From: Candidatus Marinacidobacterales bacterium
GTDB taxonomy: Bacteria; Acidobacteriota; Vicinamibacteria; Marinacidobacterales; DATDRI01
Direction of reading: 5' to 3'
Assembly: GCA_965219415.1 (NCBI GenBank)
Contig: CBDCNP010000002.1
Location: 1,472,001 to 1,536,000, forward strand
DNA length: 64,000 bases
The notes beneath the pieces were generated by a model, which was not told where the DNA came from, ran no database searches, and saw nothing but the letters and a program-made list of their open reading frames with translations. Both the position numbers and the translations under genes were made by a program. Shown in pieces: positions 30,236 through 40,057 of the stretch. Within the stretch, counting starts at the first letter, position 1. The number at the start of each line of letters is the position of its first letter.

Positions 30236-31012
30236 ATGTCTCTCCAAGGCAAGGTCGCTGTGGTTACCGGCGCGAGTCGCGGGATCGGGCGAGCCATCGC
30301 TATTGCCCTAGCGAACGAGGGAGCTGCCGTCGCCATCGGCTCCCGCTCGCTCGAAGAGCTCGGCCAGGTAGCTTCTACCATCGAGTCCCACGGTGGCAAA
30401 GCAGTAGCCGTTCCTCTCGACGTCACCGACAAAGCCTCCATCGAGGCCGCAGCCAAAGAAACGGCAGCGTCGTTGGGTGCGGCAGATATCGTCGTCAACA
30501 ACGCCGGGATCGCGAAGAGCACCAAGACGGTCGACATGGAAGACAACCTCTGGGAAGAACTCCTGCGGGTGAACCTCACCGGTGCCTATCAGGTCACCCG
30601 AGCGTTCCTGCCGGGGCTCATCGACAAGAACTGGGGCAGGATCATCAATATCGCGTCCACCGCAGGAAAAGTGGGATTCCTTTACACCGCGGCCTATTGC
30701 GCGAGCAAACATGGGCTCCTCGGCTTCACGCGTGCGCTAGCGCTTGAAATGGTGCGGCACAACGTCACCGTCAACGCGATTTGTCCCGGCTATGTGGCGA
30801 CGGACATGACGAAACGGTCGATCGCCAACATTTCGCAGAAGACCGGGATGAGTGAGGCGGACGCGCGTTCTCGCCTGGAGAAGCTCTCTCCACAGAATCG
30901 ACTCATCGAGCCGGAGGAAGTGGCGCGCGTGGCGGTCATGCTGGCATCAGACGAGGCACGCGGTATCAACGGCCAGGCCATCAACATCGATGGCGGTGCC
31001 GTCTTCTACTAA
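30236..31012 (+). CDS. SDR, 3-hydroxyacyl-CoA/3-hydroxybutyrate dehydrogenase-like
   Basis: TGASRGIG, NNAG, YCASKHG, PQNRLIEPEEVA. Confidence 0.88.
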   Translation: MSLQGKVAVVTGASRGIGRAIAIALANEGAAVAIGSRSLEELGQVASTIESHGGKAVAVPLDVTDKASIEAAAKETAASLGAADIVVNNAGIAKSTKTVDMEDNLWEELLRVNLTGAYQVTRAFLPGLIDKNWGRIINIASTAGKVGFLYTAAYCASKHGLLGFTRALALEMVRHNVTVNAICPGYVATDMTKRSIANISQKTGMSEADARSRLEKLSPQNRLIEPEEVARVAVMLASDEARGINGQAINIDGGAVFY

Positions 31013-31024
31013 CTGAGGGGCTGC

Positions 31025-31825
31025 ATGCCATACAAGAGCTTCGTCTACTCGGTGGACGACTCGATTGCCACGATACGGCTAAACCGCCCGGACACACTGA
31101 ACTCCCTCACTTTCGAGGTCTATGAGGAGCTGGAGAAAACCTTCGCCGACCTCCAAGACGAGAGCGCCGTCCGCGCCGTCGTGCTGACCGGCGAAGGGCG
31201 TGGCTTTTGCTCCGGTGGCAGCGTCACGGAAATCATCGAGAAACTTCTTGAAGAAGACATCGATCGGAAGTACGAGTTCACGACTCTGACATGCAATGTC
31301 ATCCGCAACATGAGACAGCTACAAAAACCGATCGTCGCAGCGGTAAACGGAATCGCGGCTGGTGCAGGCGCAGTACTGGCACTGGCGAGTGACATCCGCG
31401 TGTGCGCCGAAAACGCCAAGTTCGCTTTCCTCTTCGTGAAGGTTGGCCTCGCGGGGGCAGACATGGGTGCGGCTTGGCTCCTGCCGCGCCTCGTCGGCAC
31501 CGGAATCGCCTCGGAGCTTCTCTTCACCGGCCGCTCCGTGGATGCGGCGGAGGCTCTCCGCATCGGCTTGGCCAACCGCGTGGTGCCGGCCGATGACCTC
31601 ATGCCAGAAACCTACAAGCTCGCCGAGAGACTTGCCAACGGACCGGCACACGCCATCGGACTGACGAAAGAGCTCATCGGCAGCGAGGCTTCGATGACGT
31701 TCGCGGATGCGCTCGAGGCCGAGGCACGAGCTCAAGCGACGCTCATGGAAAGACCGGAGTTCCGAGAAGGCTACGACGCCTTCATGGAAAAACGCCCGCC
31801 AGATTTCAAGAAGCTAGACTCATGA
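31025..31825 (+). CDS. Enoyl-CoA hydratase family protein
   Basis: GRGFCSGG, VNGIAAGAG, GLAGADMGA. Confidence 0.9.
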   Translation: MPYKSFVYSVDDSIATIRLNRPDTLNSLTFEVYEELEKTFADLQDESAVRAVVLTGEGRGFCSGGSVTEIIEKLLEEDIDRKYEFTTLTCNVIRNMRQLQKPIVAAVNGIAAGAGAVLALASDIRVCAENAKFAFLFVKVGLAGADMGAAWLLPRLVGTGIASELLFTGRSVDAAEALRIGLANRVVPADDLMPETYKLAERLANGPAHAIGLTKELIGSEASMTFADALEAEARAQATLMERPEFREGYDAFMEKRPPDFKKLDS

Positions 31826-32976
31826 GTGTCGATGTCTTCCTTAACGATGCTCAGCGCGAGCTAGCGCATCGGGTCCGATCTTGGGTCGAGCAGCACATCT
31901 ACTCCGATCCGGGAAAGGAAGACGGAGACATCGACCAAGAGGGTCTGAGACTCCTGGCGAGGCTTACCGAAGGCGGTTGGACCCCATACGTCGTTCCTGG
32001 GCAGTTCGGTGGCATCGAGAAAACGGTCCAAACGCGCTCGCTGGCTGTCATCCGCGAGGAGCTTTCTCGCGGTTCGTCTCTGGCCGATTCGATGTTCGCA
32101 CTCCAAGGCCTCGGGAGCTTTCCCATCACCCTGGCCGGAACGGATGAACAAAGAAAACGTTATCTTCCTCCGATAGGTAAGGGCGAATCGGTCGCGGCAT
32201 TCGCGCTCACCGAGCCCGAGGCCGGAAGTGATGTTGGCGCGATAACGACCCGAGCCAAAAAAAAGGCCGGCCGCTACATCATTAATGGTGAAAAATGCTT
32301 CATCTCGAACGCGGGAATCGCCGGAACATATATCGTCTTTGCCTCGACCGAACCGGAGGCCGGAAGCAAAGGGCTTTCAGCGTTCGTTGTGGAGGGGTCC
32401 TCCCCAGGGTTGAAGCTCAAGGAAAAAACCGCATTGATGGCCCCTCACCCCAACGGTTCGATTGAGCTCAAAGACTGCGAGGTACCTGAATCACAAAGAC
32501 TTGGTGAGGAGGGACAGGGAATCAAGATCGCGTTGACGACTCTCGACAAATTCCGACCGACCGTTGGAGCATCTGCTTGCGGTTTGGCGGGACGTGCTTT
32601 GAAGGAATCGTTGCACTACGCTCGCGAACGACGACAATTCGGAAGCCCTATCGCAGAGTTACAGGCCATTCAGTTCAAGTTGGCCGACATGGCGACCGAG
32701 CTCGACGCCTCGCGGCTTCTCGTCTACCGTGCCGCGCACGCCGGAGACACACGAGAAGGCCGCACGACCCTGGAGTCGGCGATGGCTAAGCTTTTTTCCA
32801 CCGAAGCCGCCCAACGGATCATCGACCAAGCCGTTCAAATCCACGGCGGCCGCGGCCTCACCAAGGGCTCGACGGTCGAGCGGCTCTATCGTGAGATCCG
32901 CGCCCTGCGGATTTACGAGGGCACTTCCGAGATCCAGCACCTGGTGATCGCCCGCGAGCTGCTCGAAAAGCCCTAA
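31822..32976 (+). CDS. Acyl-CoA dehydrogenase
   Basis: AFALTEPEAGSD, RRQFG, QIHGG, IYEGTSEIQ. Confidence 0.94.
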   Translation: MSVDVFLNDAQRELAHRVRSWVEQHIYSDPGKEDGDIDQEGLRLLARLTEGGWTPYVVPGQFGGIEKTVQTRSLAVIREELSRGSSLADSMFALQGLGSFPITLAGTDEQRKRYLPPIGKGESVAAFALTEPEAGSDVGAITTRAKKKAGRYIINGEKCFISNAGIAGTYIVFASTEPEAGSKGLSAFVVEGSSPGLKLKEKTALMAPHPNGSIELKDCEVPESQRLGEEGQGIKIALTTLDKFRPTVGASACGLAGRALKESLHYARERRQFGSPIAELQAIQFKLADMATELDASRLLVYRAAHAGDTREGRTTLESAMAKLFSTEAAQRIIDQAVQIHGGRGLTKGSTVERLYREIRALRIYEGTSEIQHLVIARELLEKP

Positions 32977-33049
32977 CCCCTACAAAATAAGCCCTTCACC
33001 TAATCTTTACATTCTGAGCTCCACTGGGTTACAATTTTCAGCTCGACTC

Positions 33050-34928
33050 GTGCCCTAAATCCATAATTCCTCGCACCCTTGGCCGCTACGAACTTCAGGC
33101 CGAAATCGCCCGCGGCGCGATGGGGAAGGTATACCGCGGCTACGATCCACTCTGCCGTCGGGTAGTGGCCATCAAGACCATCCGACCCGAATACCTGAGG
33201 CAAGCCCATGCGAAGGACTACATGCAGCGATTCCAGCGCGAGGCGCGGGCGGCGGGTGCCCTATCCCACCCCAACATCGTGACCATCTACGACGTCAGCG
33301 ATGACTACTTCGTGATGGAGTACCTGGAAGGCATGACGCTCTTGAGCCTGCTTGCCCAAAGAGGCGCGCTTCCACCGGACGAAACGTTCGTAATCGTCTC
33401 TCCCATCGCCGATGCCCTCGACTACGCGCACCAACACGGCATCATCCATCGGGACGTGAAGCCCTCGAACATCATGATCCTTCCCGACGGCCAGCCCAAG
33501 ATCATGGACTTTGGCGTCGCACACTTGGAATCGACCATCATGACGACGGAGGGCGAGTCGTTGGGCTCGCCACCTTACATGTCGCCTGAACAAGTTCTTG
33601 GCCAAGAGCCGACCGCCCAGGCGGATACCTTCTCGCTCGGCGTCGTGACCTATGAAATATTGACCGGGAAGAGACCTTTTTCGGGAGACAAAATCCCGTC
33701 CATTCTCTTTCGGGTGGTCAACCAAGATCCTGCATCACCACGACAATGGAACGAAACTCTGCCCGCGCGTTACGACGACATCTTCCGCTCGGTCTTGGCC
33801 AAGAGGCCGATGGATCGCTACGCAACCGCCGCCGAGTTCGCGCGCACGTTGCCTTTGACCAAGCTCGAAAAGATCGAGCTCGCGACATCCGGCGCCAAGC
33901 CACCTCCGAGACCAGAGTTCTCTTCGTATTCGGTGGGAAGCGATACGGTTAGGCTCCCCGGAGTCCGGAAGGCGCCATACGTCGTTGCGCGTGATCCGGC
34001 AAGGAGGACCGCTGGCGGTAAACGGGGTCACCCCGTCGCCCTGACGCTTCGTCTCCGTCGCGCAACGTTCATCGCGACAACTTCTCTTCTCGCCGCAGCC
34101 GGTGCGGCCATCATCGCTATTTTCGTCGGCGCCAGTGCCTCGACACCCGTCGCGCCGGCCGCCGTCGAAGGAATTCGCGTGGAGACGACCCCTCCCGAGG
34201 CCACTGTTTGGCTCAACGGAGACGAAGTGGGTACTTCACCCGTGGTCTTGAATCCCGTTCCCGATGGCCAACTAGAGCTTCGAGTCGCCAAGAAAGGGTT
34301 CCTGCCGGTCGAGAAAAGCTTCGACGTGCAGGCCGGGATGCTGCCCGCCTTCGCCTACTTGGAAATGCTCCCGGCTCGCACCAGTCTGTTTCTGAGCGCC
34401 GAACCGGAAGGAGCCTTGGTCAGGATAGACGGGGAATCCGCCGGACCCTCGCCCATCGAAGACTTCCCTATCCACCCGGGCGCCCACGAGATCGCAGTAG
34501 AGCGAGAAGGGTTTCGTCCGTGGAGTTTCGACATCGATGCGGAAGCCGGTGAAAGCCTTCATCTCCGGGCGCGTCTGACGGCCTTGGCCTTGCGTCCGGC
34601 GTCCACGACCCACAAGGGCGATCTCGTCGAGCTTGGCCCGGACATGACTCCACCCCGGAGGATCCGCGGAGACTTTGCTTCCTATCCGGAAGATGCCATC
34701 GAGCAAGGAGAAGAAGGCACCGTCATGGTGGAGATGATCATCACCGAGGGCGGCCATCCGATGGATCTGCAGGTGATCGAATCGGCGGGCTCGATCCTGG
34801 ACCGGGCGGTGCTCGATGCTCTGTGGACATGGCGCTTCCAACCGACGGAAAAACACGGGGTTCGCGTTAGGGTGCGATGGCGTGTCAGCCAAAGCTTCCG
34901 CCGCGGCCAGGAAGCCGCGGGAAGCTAA
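33050..34928 (+). CDS. Ser/Thr protein kinase - TM - 2x PEGA - TonB C-terminal domain fusion
   Basis: LGRYEL..RGAMG upstream of track start, HRDVKPSN, DFG; TM helix; ETTPPEATVWLNG and AEPEGALVRIDG; YPEDA..GTV..WRFQP; start approximate. Confidence 0.85.
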
Positions 34929-35152
34929 CCGGCCCGGGTCTCAACCTCTTAATAGCTACCTCAATCCCTCTCCCCTCCGCCTAACCCCTTGAGCCCTATA
35001 GATGTAGGGAAACTACCCCAGTTTCAAGCCACTACGGAGCCGCTACCGACGGTAACACCCGATCGGCGTGGGTGATGGTAGGAATCGATAGTTCGCACGA
35101 GTATTCTATTTGTTTTCAAAGGTTTAGGTCAGACGACTCGATTGCTGGCGCG

Positions 35153-35169
35153 TTGGCGTGATGCTTGCA
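35153..35169 (+). promoter_or_regulatory. Sigma54 (-24/-12) promoter of the pilY1-like gene
   Basis: TTGGCGTGATGCTTGCA with GG-N10-GC spacing; IHF-like TTTCAAAGGTTTA about 40 bp upstream. Confidence 0.7.
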
Positions 35170-35555
35170 AAGACTGGGGGTGTTCCCAACAACTAAAACT
35201 AAAGATCCTCGAGTTTCCGGAGGGGTCTTCGAATTGCCGAAGGGGAAGGTCATGTTGAAAACAGCGTCTAAGAGAGTCGCGTTGCTGGTGTTGGCGATCA
35301 TGATATCGCTCAGTTGGGTCCACAGCGGCCGGACGGTGGCGTCGTGTCTCATCGAACGAGGCATCGATCCGCTGGATATCCTCAAGATCGAGGTCAAACA
35401 CAACGTTTGGATCGGGATCGACAACTCGGGCTCGATGAAGAGTTTGGTCAGCGGAGACCCGCTCAATAGGGACCGTCTGGACGTCGCCAAAGACGCCTTG
35501 GAATCGGTCATCACCGGTGTTGGTGACGCGGTCAACTGGGGCTTCTTCTATACGG

Positions 35556-36634
35556 TGTGACTTCAAGTTTGAAGCGCACCATTCGTTAGAGCCCATGGAA
35601 ACGTTCCTCCGGTGTGCGGTAGCCGAGTCTCTTGCGGGGCCGTGAAGTTGAGCTTGTTTGCGATACGATCGCAGTCGCGTTGCGTGAGCGCTGCTTGGCT
35701 GGTGCGCTTCGGCAGGTATTGTCGTAGCAGGCCATTGAAGTTCTCGTTGCTGCCTCTCTCCCATGAGTGATAGGGAGTTGCGAAGTAGAACTTGACGCCG
35801 GTCGCTTCCTCGACGGATTCGTAGTCGTGGAACTCCGTACCATTGTCCGCGGTGATCGTCTTGACCTGCTCCGGCACCCGCCGGAGCAACATCTTCGTTC
35901 GCTGACTAGTGCTGAACATGGTGCGGTCGGACAGCTTGCCGATCAGCGCATAGCCCGTCTTTCGTTCCACGAGCGTGGTTACGCAGTCCGGCGCGCCTTT
36001 TCCTACCACGGTGTCGATCTCCCAGTGGCCAACGGCACTGCGCTTGTCGACACAAGGCGGCCGCTCGGAGATATGACGCTTCCCGGCCAGGTGGCCTCGG
36101 CTGTCATAGCTGTTGTGGCGCTTGCGTCTAAGTTTGGGCGAGCATCGAAGGTGGCGGTATAGATGTCCTCCGGCCTCCTTGTCCCGCCAGACGTGGGTGT
36201 AGATCGTCTCGTGGCTGATCGAGAACTCGCCGTGAAGGCGCAGGTGGCCGGAGATCTGCTCTGGGCTCCAGTCAGCCTTAAGCTTCTTCTCCACCAGGGC
36301 AAAGTCGGCCTTTGTGAAGTACTGGTTCCGGCGAGACCGCGATCGTCGTCCGTTCGTTTTCTCGATGGCCTTGCTCGGCCGGTAGCATCCATCACTACGT
36401 GAGCTGTTCCTCCTGACCTCTCTCGAGATTGTGCTCCGGTGGCGCCCCAGGCGCCGCGCAATCTCGGCCGAGCAAAATCCCTCCCGTCGCAGCGCCGCGA
36501 TGGTGTATCGTTCTTCCGAGGTGATCTGGTAATAAGTCATTAGCGAGTCCCCATTCTTGGTTGTTTGAGGAATCGTGGCACATTCCAGGTCACCTCATCC
36601 GGAAGCTGTGTTGCACTTACTTTATGAATTCGCG
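35556..36634 (-). mobile_element. IS30-family insertion sequence
   Basis: Imperfect terminal IRs (gtgacttcaagtttgaagcgcacca / gcgaattcataaagtaagtgcaaca); flanking CGG duplication at 35553-55 and 36635-37. Confidence 0.88.
35563..36540 (-). CDS. IS30-family transposase (indel near C-terminus)
   Basis: WSPEQIS, SHETIY, GHWEIDT, TADNGTEF, WERGSNENFNGLLRQY; RPRKRLGYRTP lies in another frame. Confidence 0.95.
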   Translation of the reverse strand: MTYYQITSEERYTIAALRREGFCSAEIARRLGRHRSTISREVRRNSSRSDGCYRPSKAIEKTNGRRSRSRRNQYFTKADFALVEKKLKADWSPEQISGHLRLHGEFSISHETIYTHVWRDKEAGGHLYRHLRCSPKLRRKRHNSYDSRGHLAGKRHISERPPCVDKRSAVGHWEIDTVVGKGAPDCVTTLVERKTGYALIGKLSDRTMFSTSQRTKMLLRRVPEQVKTITADNGTEFHDYESVEEATGVKFYFATPYHSWERGSNENFNGLLRQYLPKRTSQAALTQRDCDRIANKLNFTAPQETRLPHTGGTFPWALTNGALQT

Positions 36635-37549
36635 CGGCCTAACAAAGAGACAAGGCCAACGGGGAAGACGATCCGGCCCCCTGGGGTTGTGCCATAAACC
36701 CCCCAGTTGCGACCGAGCACGTGATGGAATTCGACGCCGACGGCTCGCTCAAGAAAGGCGACGGTTCCACCTACGACTTCGGGATATCGCCAGGGACCGG
36801 TCAGCAAGCCAACTGTGTAGGTCTGGAGCTCGCCGATATGATCCTTCCCGTAGCCTGCGGCAACAACGACAACTTAACGACCATCCTGGGCATGCTCAAA
36901 CCGGACACTGAAGGCGGTATTAAGCACAATGGAGGCACCGCGAACGCTCCTTCCTTGGATCAAATCGCCAACATGATCGCCAACGGCTACATGGGCGCCT
37001 CCCGACCGCCGGGACAGAAGAACATCATCATCTATCTATCTGACGGTGCGGAAGACTGCTCCTGCGAGACCAATCTCGTTGAACTGCCTTCGGGTCCGGG
37101 GGCCGGACCGGCCCCGGCTGAGAGTGCCGCGGAACTGCGAGTGGATCCGAACTCCGACATGACTGTCTTCGAGGATATGGCTACATTCGGGAGCGACGGC
37201 GGGTTTAGACAGGCCTACAACGCGGGCATCATGGCACGGCACGCGTTGACTCGGATCGATCCCAATTTCGACGGCTCCGAGGGAGATATTTTCATCGGCT
37301 ACGTTTTCGACGATAGTGATAGGGCCACCAAGGCGGCCAATCACTGGGCCTGGGAAGCCTCCGGTTACGGTTGGACGAGCCGGCCGGAGTGTGGCCCGGC
37401 GGGTGGGATCGGCTGCTCTCGACCGGCTGTGTTTGCGACGGATGAGCAAAAGCTCGTGGATGCCCTGACCAATATGCTCGCCCAAATCGGCGTGCCTTCC
37501 GCCACCGTCAGCGCGGGAGGTTCGGTGGTCGGTACGGTAAAAGAAATCG

Positions 37550-38568
37550 GGGTCTACGCGGATTCGTGTGGGTTGAAAACTGCATTTCTGGGTAATGGCG
37601 GAAGGAAAGCCGCCACGATCTTCAGCTTGAGATATTCCTCGTCGCGATAGCCGTAGGCGCGTCGTTGCAGAACACGGATTTTGTTGTTGACCCCTTCAAC
37701 TAGGCCGAGACTGACTTTGTTCTCCGGATGACAGTAGGAGGCGATACCATCCCAATGGGACTCAATCATACCGGCGAACTTCTGGTACGGATGCAGGCGT
37801 TGCCATTTGAGGCTGTCTTTCCAACGAGTGAAAAAGGCGCGAGCGCCGCGTTCGGTGCGGTAATCCCAGAGTTGCCCGAAGGCCTCCTTCAAAATATAGG
37901 CGGTGTTCAGGCGCCGGTTGGCCTGGAGCAACTTTTTGAGTGCGCGGCGACCGTCTAGGCTCAGGTTCTCCCGCCGGGAAAGCAAAGTGTAACGCTGCCC
38001 CTTGATGTACGACCGGTCCTTGCCGCTGAGGCGTTTGTACTCACCACGCCGGACCTCATCGAGGGCCTTTGACAGATGACGCATGATATGAAACTTGTCG
38101 AAGATGATCCGCGCATTGGGCGCGTTGTGAATCACCGAGTTCCGGAAGGGCTTCCACATATCCATGGCGGCCAGCTTGATACGGGCGCTTTTCTTTCCGC
38201 CCAGCGCCTTGAAGAACAAATCGATGTCGGTTTCTTTGCGACCCTCACCGCCCACCCAGATGGGACGCGCCCGCTCCAGGTCGCTGACAATGACGCGATA
38301 GTTATGTCCCTTGCGGATGGAGATCTCATCGACACCGATGGCCCGAGGCGCCGGTAGCCCCGCCCGGTCGACCTGCTCTTGCATGTAGAGCGTATCCAGA
38401 GCCTTCACCGTACCGTGGTGCAAACGTTCCATCTCGGCCACCGCCTTGTTCGGCATATCCCGGCACAGCTTGCCCACATGCGTCGCAAAACGCTGGGTGT
38501 AGCGCGAGTTGTTCGCCAGCCAGTCTAGGTGTTCTACATGCACACCGCCGCACCCAGAACACGGAACC
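37550..38568 (-). mobile_element. ISL3-family element, 5'-truncated
   Basis: One end gggtctacgcggattc next to an AT-rich flank; the other end is missing. Confidence 0.8.
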
Positions 38569-38570
38569 AT
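37554..38570 (-). CDS. ISL3-family transposase, N-terminally truncated
   Basis: CSGC zinc-finger remnant, IGVDEIS, MDMWKPF, DKFH, EGVNNKI..RRAYGYR. Confidence 0.92.
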   Translation of the reverse strand: MVPCSGCGGVHVEHLDWLANNSRYTQRFATHVGKLCRDMPNKAVAEMERLHHGTVKALDTLYMQEQVDRAGLPAPRAIGVDEISIRKGHNYRVIVSDLERARPIWVGGEGRKETDIDLFFKALGGKKSARIKLAAMDMWKPFRNSVIHNAPNARIIFDKFHIMRHLSKALDEVRRGEYKRLSGKDRSYIKGQRYTLLSRRENLSLDGRRALKKLLQANRRLNTAYILKEAFGQLWDYRTERGARAFFTRWKDSLKWQRLHPYQKFAGMIESHWDGIASYCHPENKVSLGLVEGVNNKIRVLQRRAYGYRDEEYLKLKIVAAFLPPLPRNAVFNPHESA

Positions 38571-39486
38571 CTACAAGAAGCTGGGACCGATTGCCGACAA
38601 GGTGGATGGCGGCGCGGGCGAACCGGGGGTCGACCAAAATGCCCTGGTCGCCACACCGGCTCTTCTCAACCCGCACGACCCGGGAGTCGCCGACGGGAGG
38701 GACTTCGTGACCCGCGCCTATATCGGCGACTTGCAGGGCGTGGTCCACAAGTTGGATCTCACCGACGCCGATCCGGACAATTGGGAGTTCGGTGTCTTCT
38801 TCGAGTTGACGAGCGAGGCCGACCAGGCGGAGGCTCAAGGCTTCTACAATCAGCCCATCGCCACTCAAGCCGCGGTCATGAAACTCTCCGGCTCGGACCG
38901 AATCCTCGTCTTCGTTGGAACCGGTGATGACAGCCGAGTGGATCTCGTCGACCCGGAACGCTTCAAGATCGCGGGCATCGAAGACACCGACAGCCCCGGC
39001 ACCATCTTAGCCAGTGATGCGGCTTTCAAGGGCACCCTGGCGCCCCTCGATGGCGGAGGTGAGTTCTGGTTCGACCTCCCTGCCGAAGAACGGATGTCGG
39101 TGTCGCCGGTCGTCGCTAGGAATACGCCTACCAACGGGGTTGTCTTCTTCGCCACGCACCGTGCCGATCTGGATCCTGTTCTCTGCGAGACGAACTTCTT
39201 CAGCACCTTGTTCGCCGCGGGTGTCTCGACGGGCTTAGGGTCCTTCGACCTCGACCCCAGCACGGCGGGCGTGCAGGACAGTGCCGATCTCGGTGAGGGA
39301 AAAATCACCGGGCTATTCCACCGCGACGGGCATCTCTACGTGAGCAAGAGCGGAGGTTTGAACGGCGCGTCGGAAACCCAGGTACGCGGGAGCGATGAGT
39401 TTCCGCAGCCGATGGTTACCGCCGGTACCATCCAGGTTCTAGTGGACGCCTTCCGGATGTCACCGTTCTAGGAAGCAAATGAGTCC

Positions 39487-39532
39487 AAGGCTGTCGGGGC
39501 GCCGAGGCGCTCCGGCAGCCTTTTTTGTTTTT
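39487..39532 (+). terminator. Rho-independent terminator after pilY1
   Basis: Hairpin aaggctgtcggggcgcc-ga-ggcgctccggcagcctt followed by a T-run. Confidence 0.85.
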
Positions 39533-39671
39533 GACCCGCTCATCGAGAGAATGGAACCCCCTAGTCGGTACTTCGTGGGGGTTGCCCCACACCGCGTGGG
39601 CCGCACCTCTCGCCGGCACATCTAAGTTGTTCTCAAGTTAGAGCTTACGCCAACTCCCCTGGTCCGCTTCT

Positions 39672-39688
39672 AGGCACAGGGTTTGCTA
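39672..39688 (+). promoter_or_regulatory. Sigma54 promoter upstream of the RHH-kinase unit
   Basis: AGGCACAGGGTTTGCTA with GG-N10-GC spacing. Confidence 0.6.
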
Positions 39689-39822
39689 CGCATGGATATG
39701 GCGCAAATCCAGCGTCATTCTTATGTAAGTCCTATATGGAGTGGCGGAACCGCGGGCCATTAACGAGCGGATCGTATTGCTAGATCCAAGGTCCAACCAG
39801 AGTGGAGCTCAAAGAGTAGGAC

Positions 39823-40029
39823 ATGTCTAGATTTAGCATAGATTTTTCGGATGAGGCCGAGAGAGATCTGCAAGGCCTGATCAAGGCGCTCGGCGTCAAG
39901 TCGAAGGCCGATGTTCTCCGAAAGGCGCTGAATCTTCTCAACTACGTGGTCCGGGCACAAGAAGAAGGCGGCAAGCTCGTGGTTGAGAACCAGAAAGACA
40001 AGTCTAGGAAAGAAGTCATCACCCTATGA
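39823..40029 (+). CDS. Small ribbon-helix-helix (CopG-like) protein
   Basis: Beta strand RFSIDFS followed by helices with SKADVLRKAL; 68 aa; SD-like agga. Confidence 0.65.
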   Translation: MSRFSIDFSDEAERDLQGLIKALGVKSKADVLRKALNLLNYVVRAQEEGGKLVVENQKDKSRKEVITL

Positions 40030-40057
40030 ACCTTGCCGTGTTGGACGCCCAATAAAA

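Larger units (their letters stand above)
35252..39471 (+). pseudogene. pilY1: PilY1/PilC-like adhesin (vWA + beta-propeller), disrupted by IS30 and ISL3
   Basis: Signal peptide, DNSGSM MIDAS, IIYLSDG; C-terminal AYIGDLQGVVHKLDL, VFVGTG, WFDLPAEER, VVFFAT. Confidence 0.75.

Noticed and set aside
35170-35250. Possible c-di-GMP riboswitch in the pilY1 leader
   Set aside because: A hairpin and TTGCCGAA are present but the GGCAAAC..GAAA..GGGACGCAAAGC core is absent
36721-39471. Track ORFs 36721..37650 and 38509..39471 as independent genes
   Set aside because: They are pilY1 segments that read into or out of ISL3 sequence
39823-40029. RHH protein as the antitoxin of a TA pair
   Set aside because: No recognisable toxin gene is adjacent
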